A DNA stretch of 64,000 bases, taken from the NCBI GenBank assembly GCA_964420075.1, contig CAYQRE010000022.1, forward strand, positions 5,825 to 69,824. Direction: 5' to 3'. Both the position numbers and the translations under genes were made by a program. Source of the DNA: an uncultured Thermoanaerobaculia bacterium (lineage in GTDB: Bacteria; Acidobacteriota; Thermoanaerobaculia; Multivoradales; SZUA-115). Below are positions 56,307 through 64,000 of this stretch, piece after piece. Position 1 is the first letter of the stretch. Every line of letters begins with the position of its first letter. The notes beneath the pieces are model-generated. The model worked only from the letters and a program-made list of their open reading frames with translations, made no database searches and was not told the DNA's origin.

Positions 56307-58652
56307 ATGCAAGGGGATTTGAGCCGCCACAGCCACGACCCTGCGAAGCGCTTCACGGCGGTGCGCTTCGAGCAGGGGCGGATGCTCGCCGACGCCGACC
56401 TCAACGAGGCGATGCTGCTGGCGCTGGCGCGCCTCGACCGCGTGGCAAGCGATCTCGTGGGGCCCAGCGGCGCGCCGGCGGAGCCGCCCGTTCCCTTCAC
56501 CTGGCAGCCCAGCGCTCTCGACCCCCAGCAGGTGGGGGTCGGCGCCATTCTCACCACGGGCACGGCGGTGATCGGTCGCGGCACGAGCTTCTTCGCCGCC
56601 GGTATCGCGGCGGGGGCACGGCTCCATGCCGGTGGGCAGACGCGCACCGTCGCCACCGTGCTCACCGAGACCGTGCTCCTGGTCGACGAGCCCTTCGAGC
56701 CGGACCTGCCGGCGGCCGGCAATTTCCAGATCACGGTGCGCGACGGTGGGGCCGGCCTGCAGGTGCACGCCGGCTGCTACAGCGTCGCGGGCTTGCGCTG
56801 CGAGCTGGCGGCGACGGTGGCGCTCTCTGCCCAGCCGGACCTCCCCGGCTATGCCCTGCCGAGCGCCGACGGCCGCTATCTCGCCTACCTCGAAGCCTGG
56901 GAACGCACCCTCTCGACGCTCGCGGAGCCCCTCCTCGCCGAGCCGGCCCTGCTCGGGCCGGACACCTGCCTGCGCACCCGGGTGGTGGCCCAGGTCAAGC
57001 TCCTCGCCGTCGGCGCGACGGCGACCTGCGGTGGCTTTGCGGCCTGGGAGCCGTTGCCTCCAGCCGTCCAGCTGGCGGCGCGAAGCCTGGGCCGGCCCCC
57101 TGCCGACCGTCTCTACCGGGTCGAGGTCCAGGCCCCGGGCCCGCCGGGCACGGCGACCTTCAAGTGGGCGCGGGACAACGCCAGTGCCGCGGCGCCGATC
57201 GAGGCCCTGGGGCCCGGCGAGATCACCGTCGCACCGCCGATCGGACTGGCGGGGGAGGCGGCCTTCGCTGCCGGGCAGTGGGTGGAGGTGAGCGACGAGC
57301 GGCGCATTCTCGCCGGCGAGCCCGGCGTGCTCGTGCAGCTCGCGCGCGTCGTAGGCCAGGTGCTCAGCGTCGAGAGCTGGCCGGGTGGCACGCCGCCGCT
57401 CCTCGGCGCCGGCGCGAGCGCCCGCCGTTGGGACTCACCGGGTGAGGTGAGCGTCGAGGTGGGGGAGGCCGGGGACCTCTGGCTATCGATCGAGGGCGGC
57501 CTCGAGGTGCGTTTCGCAGCGGCAGCGGCGGCCAGCTGTGCCGTGGGGGACGCCTGGCTCCTGCCGGTGCGGGTGGCGAGCGGTGGGGTGCTCTGGCCGC
57601 AGCTCGCCGGCACCCCGCTGGCGGTGGACCCGCAGTCGCCCCGCCACCGCTTCGCACCCCTCGCCATCGTCGAGCGGAGTGGCGGCCGTTTCCGGGTAGT
57701 GAGCGATTGCCGCCGCCTCTTCGGCTCCCTCGCCGACCCGCCGAGCGACACCAAGCTCGACCGCGTGCCGGACCCGCCGCCGGCCGGGCCGGACCTGATG
57801 GAAGGGCCGTTGGTGATCGCGAGTGACCTCGCGGTGCTGGGCGGTTTGAGCGTCGGGAGCGTCGACCCGCCGGCGCCAGACCTCCGCCTCGAGGTCACCA
57901 ACGGGGACCTGTTGCTTGCTGCGGGTGGGAGCGCAGGCGTGGTCTGGCCGCCTCTCGCGAGCGGCGGGGCTGCGGGCTTTCTGCGCTTCAGCCAGGTCGC
58001 GGGAGCCACTCCCCAGCTGACCCTCGGCAGCCAGGGCGGCGGTAGCGACCGCCTCATCCTCCGCCAGGGCGGTGTCGACCGCCTGGTGATCGACAATGGC
58101 CGCTTGGGGGTCGGGACGGTGCCGGCGGCCGGGTTCGCCCTCGACGTCGCCGGGACGATGCGGGCCCAGAACCTGCGCATCGAGGGCCCGGTGGTGATCG
58201 CCGGCGGCGCACCGAGCCCCGGTGCCCTCTTCATCACCGACGACGCCGGTCGCGGCAGCTGGGTGCAGCCCCCCGTGCTGGCGCGCGGCCGGCCGCTCTT
58301 CTTTCCGGCACCGGTCGCCGTGGCGAGCGGTGTCGGGGCGGCCCCGGAGACGATCTTCACCTTCCCGGCCGGCGTCCTCTCGCCGGGTGCCCTCGCCGTC
58401 ATCCTGGAAGCCGAGGCGGCGGCCAACACCGGCGACGGGGTGATCCAGATCGCGACCGACCCCGGGGGCACCAAACGCCTGCTGCTGCGGGCCCGCTCGG
58501 AGGGTAGCGGCGACAGCCTGGCCTGGGCCGGACAGGGCGCTTTCCCGCTCAACCAGGAGAGCTTCGTCTACGAGGTCCTTGAGATCACCGCCAACGACGG
58601 CCCGGCCTTCTCCCACGGCTGGGTCTTGCGCGCCATCGGCTACTACCCATGA
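56307..58652 (+). CDS. tail-fibre-like protein, paralog 1 of 3 (781 aa)
   Basis: GAGGAGGG RBS. Blocks shared with the two downstream paralogs: N-terminal GDxSR…QGRxLLDADxNE, …GYALPSxDGRYLAYLEAWER…, LYRVEVQAPGPPGTATFKWARDNAS, WPQLAGT, HRFAPLAIVERSGG…, and C-terminal W.LRA.G[YF][YF]. Confidence 0.6.
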   Translation: MQGDLSRHSHDPAKRFTAVRFEQGRMLADADLNEAMLLALARLDRVASDLVGPSGAPAEPPVPFTWQPSALDPQQVGVGAILTTGTAVIGRGTSFFAAGIAAGARLHAGGQTRTVATVLTETVLLVDEPFEPDLPAAGNFQITVRDGGAGLQVHAGCYSVAGLRCELAATVALSAQPDLPGYALPSADGRYLAYLEAWERTLSTLAEPLLAEPALLGPDTCLRTRVVAQVKLLAVGATATCGGFAAWEPLPPAVQLAARSLGRPPADRLYRVEVQAPGPPGTATFKWARDNASAAAPIEALGPGEITVAPPIGLAGEAAFAAGQWVEVSDERRILAGEPGVLVQLARVVGQVLSVESWPGGTPPLLGAGASARRWDSPGEVSVEVGEAGDLWLSIEGGLEVRFAAAAAASCAVGDAWLLPVRVASGGVLWPQLAGTPLAVDPQSPRHRFAPLAIVERSGGRFRVVSDCRRLFGSLADPPSDTKLDRVPDPPPAGPDLMEGPLVIASDLAVLGGLSVGSVDPPAPDLRLEVTNGDLLLAAGGSAGVVWPPLASGGAAGFLRFSQVAGATPQLTLGSQGGGSDRLILRQGGVDRLVIDNGRLGVGTVPAAGFALDVAGTMRAQNLRIEGPVVIAGGAPSPGALFITDDAGRGSWVQPPVLARGRPLFFPAPVAVASGVGAAPETIFTFPAGVLSPGALAVILEAEAAANTGDGVIQIATDPGGTKRLLLRARSEGSGDSLAWAGQGAFPLNQESFVYEVLEITANDGPAFSHGWVLRAIGYYP

Positions 58653-58864
58653 GCGATACCGACACCCCTGCCGTCCCGCAACCCGACCGTGCCCGCTTGG
58701 AGCGCCGGCTCGCCGAGCTCGACGCCGAGCTCGCCAACGGCGAGCGGCTGATGGCCGAGCTGGAGGACCGCCGCCTGCGCCTGCGCGAGTCGATGCTGCG
58801 CATCGGCGGCGCCATCCAGGTGCTGCGCGAGCTGCTCGATCGGCCGCCGGAGGAGGGGGCATGA
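58649..58864 (+). CDS. small coiled-coil protein (71 aa), possible fibre assembly chaperone
   Basis: ATGA-coupled on both sides. Heptad-like …RLERRLAELDAELANGERLMAELEDRRLRLRESMLRIGGAIQVLRELL…. Confidence 0.4.
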   Translation: MSDTDTPAVPQPDRARLERRLAELDAELANGERLMAELEDRRLRLRESMLRIGGAIQVLRELLDRPPEEGA

Positions 58865-60978
58865 GGGGCGACTTCTCGCGTTCAGGGGCCGCTGTGGCCC
58901 GCAGCCGGCGCAGCGTCGTCTGGCAGCGTGGCCGGGTCGTCCTCGACGCCGACTGGAACGAGGCCGTCGAGCTTCAGGCCGCCGCCCTGGAGGCGCTGGC
59001 GAGCGATCTCTTGGGCGCTGCCGGGAGCCCGAGCGGCGCCGCTCTCGACGTCACAGTCACAGCCGGCGTCCCGACGCTCACGGCCGGCCGATCCTACGTG
59101 GACGGCAGCCTGGTCGAGGTCGAGGCCGCCACCCCGCTCACCGCACAGGCCGACCTGCCGGGCTATGCCTTGCCGAGCGTCCCCGGGCGCTACCTCGCCT
59201 ATCTCGACGTCTGGCTGGAAGGCCTCGGCTGGCTCGACAGCCCGGAGCTCCTCGAGCCGGCCCTCGACGGCGAGGAGAGCGCCCTGCGCAGCCGCGCGGT
59301 GGCGCAGGTGCGGCTCCTGGCGGTCGATGCCGCCGCCGGGCCGGAGCTCTTCCGGCCGGGCTGGCAGCCGGCGGCAGCGCCGCGGCCGCGGCTCGCCGCA
59401 CGCCTCGCGGGTAGCCCGGCCAACAATCAGCTCTACCGCCTCGAGGTCCACGCTGCTGGTGGTCTCGGCACCGCCACCTGGAAGTGGTCGCGGGACAACG
59501 CCAGCGTCACGGCCGGCGTGCTGTCGATCACCGGCACCACGCTTGCCGTGCGCCTGCCGCCACGGGCAGACGCCCTTGCCTGGTTCCCGCCGGGCGGTTG
59601 GGTCGAGGCGACCAGCCGCAGGCGGCGGCTGCGCGGCGAGCCGGGGGTGCTGGCCCGTGTCCTCACCACGATCCCCGGTGCGAGCCCCACTGTCACCGTC
59701 GAGGCCTGGCCAGGAGGCGTGGTGCCGGTGGACGTCGACCGCCTGGTGCGTTGGGATTCCCCCGGTGCCCTGCCGCTCGCTCAGGCGACGGCCAACGGGG
59801 GTTTCGTGCCCCTCGAAGAGGGCCTCGAGGTGCGCTTCTCGGGCGAGGCGGCAGCTGTCGCCACCAGTGGTGACGCCTGGCTGCTGCCGCTGCGGGCCAC
59901 CGCCGGGCTGCTCAGCGAGGAGGACGCCGGCGCTCGCGCGGACGCTGCCACCGCCGAGCCGGACGAGGTCCGCCACCACTACGCGCCACTGCGCCTGCTC
60001 GAGCGCACGGCCGGCGGCTGGCAGCTGGTGGCCGACGGCGACTGCCGGGCGCTCTTCGCGGGTGCCGGCACCATCGACCTCGCCGGCAAGGTAGATCGCA
60101 GTGGCGATACGCGCAGCGGACCCCTCACCGTCGACAGCCATCTCTTGGTCAGCGGCCAGACCCGGCTGGGGCCGGTGGCGGCCGACAGCACGGCGCGCCT
60201 CGCGGTCGCCGACGGCGGCAGCCGGCTGGGAGCGAGCTCGCGCCTGCTGTTCCCGGCGCTCGGGGCGGCCGCGGCGTCCTTGAGCGCGAGCGGCAACGAG
60301 CTGCGGTTGGCGGTCGTCGGCGGCTCGCTGCGCGTGGCGCAGGCCGGGGGGGACCGCCTCGTCCTCAGCGGCGGCCGGGTGGGGATCGGCACGGTCGCGC
60401 CGCAGGTCGACGTCGAGATCGCCGGCAGCCTGCGCGCCGGGCAGCTGACGGTGGCGAGCGAGCTGGTGATCGTCGACGGCAACCAGCGGGCTGGCCGCGC
60501 CCTGACGGCGGTCGATGCGAGCGGCCTCGCCACCTGGCAGGCGCTCAGCGAGCAGCAGCTGGTGCGTCCGACCTTTTTCCAGCGGCCGGTGATCGTGGCA
60601 CAGAGCGGGGGCAGCAGCTTCTTGCCGCTGGTCAACTACGTCTTTCCGGCCAACACCCTGCCGGTGGGTGCGACGGCGGTGATCCTCGAAGGGCGGGCGG
60701 CGGCGAACTCGCCCGACAGCGGTGCAATCGACCACTTCCTGCGGGCCCGTCGCGACGACGCCTCGCCCTGGCTGGTGCTGCTGCGGGCGCGCGCCGCCGG
60801 CGGCTCGGACAACGGCAGCTGGGCCGGTGTCGGCGTCTTCCCCCTCAACACCAACCCGGACCTACCCTTCCACTTCCAATACTCCGTCCAGGCCTTCGCC
60901 GGTGGCCAGGACGTGCCGCCCACCGGCGGCGCCTTCCCCCAGGGCTGGCGCATCCGAGCGGTGGGCTTCTTCCTCTGA
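58861..60978 (+). CDS. tail-fibre-like protein, paralog 2 of 3 (705 aa)
   Basis: Shares all conserved blocks with paralogs 1 and 3 (…LYRLEVHAAGGLGTATWKWSRDNAS…; C-terminal WRIRAVGFFL). Confidence 0.6.
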   Translation: MRGDFSRSGAAVARSRRSVVWQRGRVVLDADWNEAVELQAAALEALASDLLGAAGSPSGAALDVTVTAGVPTLTAGRSYVDGSLVEVEAATPLTAQADLPGYALPSVPGRYLAYLDVWLEGLGWLDSPELLEPALDGEESALRSRAVAQVRLLAVDAAAGPELFRPGWQPAAAPRPRLAARLAGSPANNQLYRLEVHAAGGLGTATWKWSRDNASVTAGVLSITGTTLAVRLPPRADALAWFPPGGWVEATSRRRRLRGEPGVLARVLTTIPGASPTVTVEAWPGGVVPVDVDRLVRWDSPGALPLAQATANGGFVPLEEGLEVRFSGEAAAVATSGDAWLLPLRATAGLLSEEDAGARADAATAEPDEVRHHYAPLRLLERTAGGWQLVADGDCRALFAGAGTIDLAGKVDRSGDTRSGPLTVDSHLLVSGQTRLGPVAADSTARLAVADGGSRLGASSRLLFPALGAAAASLSASGNELRLAVVGGSLRVAQAGGDRLVLSGGRVGIGTVAPQVDVEIAGSLRAGQLTVASELVIVDGNQRAGRALTAVDASGLATWQALSEQQLVRPTFFQRPVIVAQSGGSSFLPLVNYVFPANTLPVGATAVILEGRAAANSPDSGAIDHFLRARRDDASPWLVLLRARAAGGSDNGSWAGVGVFPLNTNPDLPFHFQYSVQAFAGGQDVPPTGGAFPQGWRIRAVGFFL

Positions 60979-60985
60979 GGGCGCC

Positions 60986-63067
60986 ATGGGCCTCGACCTC
61001 TCCCGCGACCTCTTCGACCGCCGCCGGCATCACCGCGGCGTGGTGCTGCAGCAGGGCCGCCTCCTGCTCGACGCCGAGTTCAACGAGCAGGCCGACATCC
61101 TCGAGCACCGCCGGCGCACCACCACGGCGGACCTGGTGGGCCCGAGCGGCGCCGCCGGCGACGGCTTCCGCGTCACGGCGGGTAGCGGCACGCTTGCCGT
61201 CGCGCCGGGCCGCCTCTACCGTGACGGCTTCCTCTGCGAGCTGCTAGCGGCCGTTCCCGATCTCGGAGCTCAGCCCGACCTGCCAGGGGTGGCGCTGCCC
61301 ACCGCCAACGGCACCTATCTCGCCTATCTCGAAGCCTGGGAGCGCGAGGTCTCGGCGGCGGTCGATGCCGACCTCCTCGACCCGGCCTTTGCCAGCCAGA
61401 GGACGGCCGGTCGCCACCGCCTGGTCACCCAGGTGCGGCTGCAGGCGGTGCCGGCGGGGGCGGTCTGCAGCTCTTTCGCCCCGCCCTGGACCCCGGACGG
61501 CACGCCGGCACCCGCCGCCGGGACGCTTGCCGCCAGCGCGGCGGCGGGGGCCACGACGTTCGCGGACCAGCTCTACCGCGTCGAGGTCCACGCTCCCGGG
61601 CCAGCGGGCACCGCGACCTGGAAGTGGGCCCGCGACGGCGCCTCCGTGGAGCTCGCCGTGCTGAGCGTGGCCGGGACGACGCTCAACGTCGCGCCGCGGC
61701 CGGGGCTCGCGCCGGGGACGGCCCTGGCGGCCGGGGATCGGGTCGAGGTGACCGACGACGGCCGCGCCCTGCGCGGCGAGCCGGGGGTGCTGGCCACGCT
61801 CGCTGCCGTCGACCTCGCGGCCGGCACCTTGACCGTCGCCGCCTGGCCGGGGGGCGCGCCGGTCCTCGGCAGCGGCGCCGTGGCCCGCAAGTGGGAAGGC
61901 GACGCCCAGCCCCTCAACGCCGGTGCGACCGTCGTGGTCGACGGTGTGCTGGCGCTGCGCTTCGCGGCCGGCGGCCGGCCGTTCCGCAGCGGTGAGCACT
62001 GGCTGGTCCCCACCCGCCGGGCAGCCGGGGTGCTCTGGCCGCAGCTCGCCGGCACTGCCGAGCCCTTGCCTCCACGCGGCCCGGAGCGCCACTTCGCGGC
62101 CCTCGCCCTGGTGCAGCGCGCCGCAGGCAGCTGGACGGTGGCGAGCGATTGCCGCGTGCCGCTGCGGCCGCTCACCGACACCCTCGACCCTAACAAGGTG
62201 GACCGCGGTGGCGACAGCATGACCGGCCCCCTGACGGTGACCGAGGACCTGATGGTCGTCGCCCAGATGCATGCCGGCGGTACCACCCTGCCTCCGGCCG
62301 GCACCCAGCTGCAGGTGAGCGGCGGCCCCCTGGAAGTGGCGAGCGGTGCCAGCCCGGCGGCGGGCTTGCGCTTCGTCGTTGGGGCCGGCGAGGCGGCCCT
62401 GCGGCTGACTGCGGCAGGCTTCGTCTTCGAGGCAGCAACGGGCGGCAGCCTGGTCTTCCGCGAAGGGGCCGCCGACCGCCTGGTGCTGGCGGCGAGCGGC
62501 AACCTCGGCCTCGGTGTGGCGAGCCCCACGGCGAGCCTGCAGACCGGCGGCCAGGCGCGCGCCACGGCTCTCACGGTGAGCGGCGCCGCCCCCAACGGCG
62601 TCCTCACCTTCGAGCCGGGCGCGATCGACGGCTACGTGCTGACCTCCGATGCCGACGGCAAGGCAACCTGGCAGCAGCTGCCGAGCGCGGCGAGCGGCAG
62701 CCCGGTCTACTTCCCGGACCTCGTCGTGGTGGCGAACGGCAGCACGCCGAGCGGCTACCAAACGTTCACCTTCTCCGATGGCGATGTCCCCGAGGGCGCC
62801 TCGGCCGTCCTCGTCCAGGCGCAGACCTTCGTCCACCACGGTTCGGTCGACATCCGGATTCGGCGCAATGCGGGCGCAGCCGAGGTCTCCTTGCTGCGCG
62901 CGCACTCCTTCGACGGTGGCCCGCTGGTCGGCAAGCGGGTGCAGGGGGGCGCCGCCAATCAGGGCATTTTCCCCCTCGACAACGGCAGCTTCCAGTGGGC
63001 CGTGGTCGAGGAGTTCGGGCCGCTCAGCCTGGCCTGGGAGATCCGTGCCGTGGGCTTCTTCCTGTAG
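60986..63067 (+). CDS. tail-fibre-like protein, paralog 3 of 3 (693 aa)
   Basis: Shares conserved blocks (…LYRVEVHAPGPAGTATWKWARDGAS…; C-terminal WEIRAVGFFL). Confidence 0.6.
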   Translation: MGLDLSRDLFDRRRHHRGVVLQQGRLLLDAEFNEQADILEHRRRTTTADLVGPSGAAGDGFRVTAGSGTLAVAPGRLYRDGFLCELLAAVPDLGAQPDLPGVALPTANGTYLAYLEAWEREVSAAVDADLLDPAFASQRTAGRHRLVTQVRLQAVPAGAVCSSFAPPWTPDGTPAPAAGTLAASAAAGATTFADQLYRVEVHAPGPAGTATWKWARDGASVELAVLSVAGTTLNVAPRPGLAPGTALAAGDRVEVTDDGRALRGEPGVLATLAAVDLAAGTLTVAAWPGGAPVLGSGAVARKWEGDAQPLNAGATVVVDGVLALRFAAGGRPFRSGEHWLVPTRRAAGVLWPQLAGTAEPLPPRGPERHFAALALVQRAAGSWTVASDCRVPLRPLTDTLDPNKVDRGGDSMTGPLTVTEDLMVVAQMHAGGTTLPPAGTQLQVSGGPLEVASGASPAAGLRFVVGAGEAALRLTAAGFVFEAATGGSLVFREGAADRLVLAASGNLGLGVASPTASLQTGGQARATALTVSGAAPNGVLTFEPGAIDGYVLTSDADGKATWQQLPSAASGSPVYFPDLVVVANGSTPSGYQTFTFSDGDVPEGASAVLVQAQTFVHHGSVDIRIRRNAGAAEVSLLRAHSFDGGPLVGKRVQGGAANQGIFPLDNGSFQWAVVEEFGPLSLAWEIRAVGFFL

Positions 63068-63078
63068 GAGGGCGCAGC

Positions 63079-64000
63079 GTGCAGACGAGGGCTCGAGCAC
63101 CCCTGCCGACGAGAATCGAGCGTGGCGTCCAGAAGGCGAAAGGGCATGGCGAGCCGCTGTCCCAGGCGGTCGCTGGCGAGCTCGGCAACGCCATCGGCAC
63201 GGACGTCTCACGGGTCCGTGTGCATGCCGACGGCGGCGCTGATCGTCTGAGCCGCGAGGTCGATGCAGCGGCCTTCACGGTGGGGGAGGACGTCTTCTTC
63301 CGCCGCGGCTTTTTCCAACCGCAGACGCCGGAAGGGCGCGGCCTCCTCGCCCATGAGCTCACCCATGTGGCGCAGCAGCGCGCCAGCCGCGGCCTCGATC
63401 TCGGGGTTGCCGCGCCCGCCTCCCTGGCGCCGGACGGGCGGCCTCTGGCGCCGGCCGTCTTGCAGCGCAAGCCCTTCAAGGGGCCCAATCTGACCAGCGT
63501 GAACCGTGTCGCCACCAACTTCGCCGCCCACGCCTTCCAGTTCGTGGGCGCGGCGCGGGCCACCACCGGCTGCGGCACCGACAACAAGATCACCACCGAC
63601 GGCTCGTCGGTCAACAACGCCGTGTCCAGGCCCGGCACTCCCGCGAAGATGGGCACCTACCGGGGAGGCTTCTCGCAGGCCGGCGGCCTGGTGCGCGACA
63701 AGGTCTTGGCGCAGGCTGCCACCCGCATGCACCTGATCAATCATCGCCTGGAGAACAGCGCGAAGACCCAGCGCAACGCCCGTAACATCTTCCTCGGCAC
63801 CCAGAAGAGCAACAACCCAACGCACTTGAACGAGGTCGAGCAGCCGGTGATCGATGCCGTGACCAACCACGGCACGCAGGACAACTTGCGCTATCAGGCG
63901 GCGATGGCGGCGGCCGTCAAGACCACCGACAAAGCGGGGGCCGACATCCTGTTCTGGGCCGCCAAGCCCAACAACCTGGCCGTCAAGCACACGCAGCTCA
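63079..64000 (+). CDS. DUF4157-domain protein (eCIS-associated HExxH putative effector), 5' part; continues beyond the window
   Basis: Not in the ORF track because it has no stop inside the window. GTG at 63079 after AGGAGGG. Hand translation gives …PLPTRIERG…GTDVSRVRVHADGGADRLSREVDAAAFTVGEDVFFRRGFFQPQTPEGRGLLAHELTHVAQQ…, the DUF4157 core with HELTH. Confidence 0.7.
   Translation, partial: MQTRARAPLPTRIERGVQKAKGHGEPLSQAVAGELGNAIGTDVSRVRVHADGGADRLSREVDAAAFTVGEDVFFRRGFFQPQTPEGRGLLAHELTHVAQQRASRGLDLGVAAPASLAPDGRPLAPAVLQRKPFKGPNLTSVNRVATNFAAHAFQFVGAARATTGCGTDNKITTDGSSVNNAVSRPGTPAKMGTYRGGFSQAGGLVRDKVLAQAATRMHLINHRLENSAKTQRNARNIFLGTQKSNNPTHLNEVEQPVIDAVTNHGTQDNLRYQAAMAAAVKTTDKAGADILFWAAKPNNLAVKHTQL

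Noticed and set aside
61244-63211. 655-aa minus-strand ORF antisense to fibre paralog 3
   Set aside because: Antisense to a gene that shares multiple conserved blocks with two neighbours. No motifs.

Overview
This is a GC-rich (about 70 %) chromosomal window from a Gram-negative bacterium. The evidence for Gram-negative is TolC-family, TonB-dependent-receptor and lipoprotein genes and GGAGG-type ribosome-binding sites. I recognised no rRNA, tRNA, CRISPR array, transposase or integrase.

Gene order, left to right:
- the tail of an FtsX/MacB-type ABC permease;
- an amidohydrolase, a metallophosphoesterase and a GNAT acetyltransferase;
- a possible regulator with a small secreted partner;
- DUF1801 and DUF4386 proteins;
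- a CarH/LitR-like MerR plus B12-binding regulator, immediately upstream of a seven-gene lipid-modification operon: FAD oxidoreductase, DUF1365, CFA-synthase-like methyltransferase, DUF1295, a second methyltransferase, DUF2177. This operon resembles the furan/methylated-fatty-acid pathway of Rhodobacter (UfaD/UfaO/UfaM-like);
- an ArnT/PMT-like GT39 glycosyltransferase;
- a CzcCBA-type efflux operon in outer-membrane, adaptor, RND order;
- a second DUF4386 paralog, a secreted MBL-fold hydrolase and a 19-bp tandem repeat;
- an ECF sigma factor, FecR anti-sigma and TonB-receptor cell-surface signalling trio;
- a DUF2268 lipoprotein, a tiny Cys-rich secreted peptide and a Ser/Thr-rich secreted protein;
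- a roughly 2,380-aa surface protein built from about 19 DUF11 repeats.

The most striking content lies downstream of that giant gene, divergently transcribed from it. From 38,998 to the window end runs a translationally coupled operon for an extracellular contractile injection system (eCIS, phage-tail-like). In order it encodes sheath, tube, two unknown proteins (a Zn-ribbon protein and a Pro/Ala-rich protein), a DUF4255 cap, an AAA+ ATPase, a tube-like protein, LysM, gpD-like hub, gpV-like spike, PAAR-like, gp25, two large baseplate proteins, and a P2-I-like protein. These are followed by three tandem divergent paralogs of a roughly 700-780-aa fibre-like protein, with a 71-aa coiled-coil ORF after the first. 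A DUF4157 (HExxH) putative effector starts at 63,079 and runs off the window.

Many long ORFs in the six-frame track are antisense shadow ORFs typical of high-GC DNA, and I discarded them.
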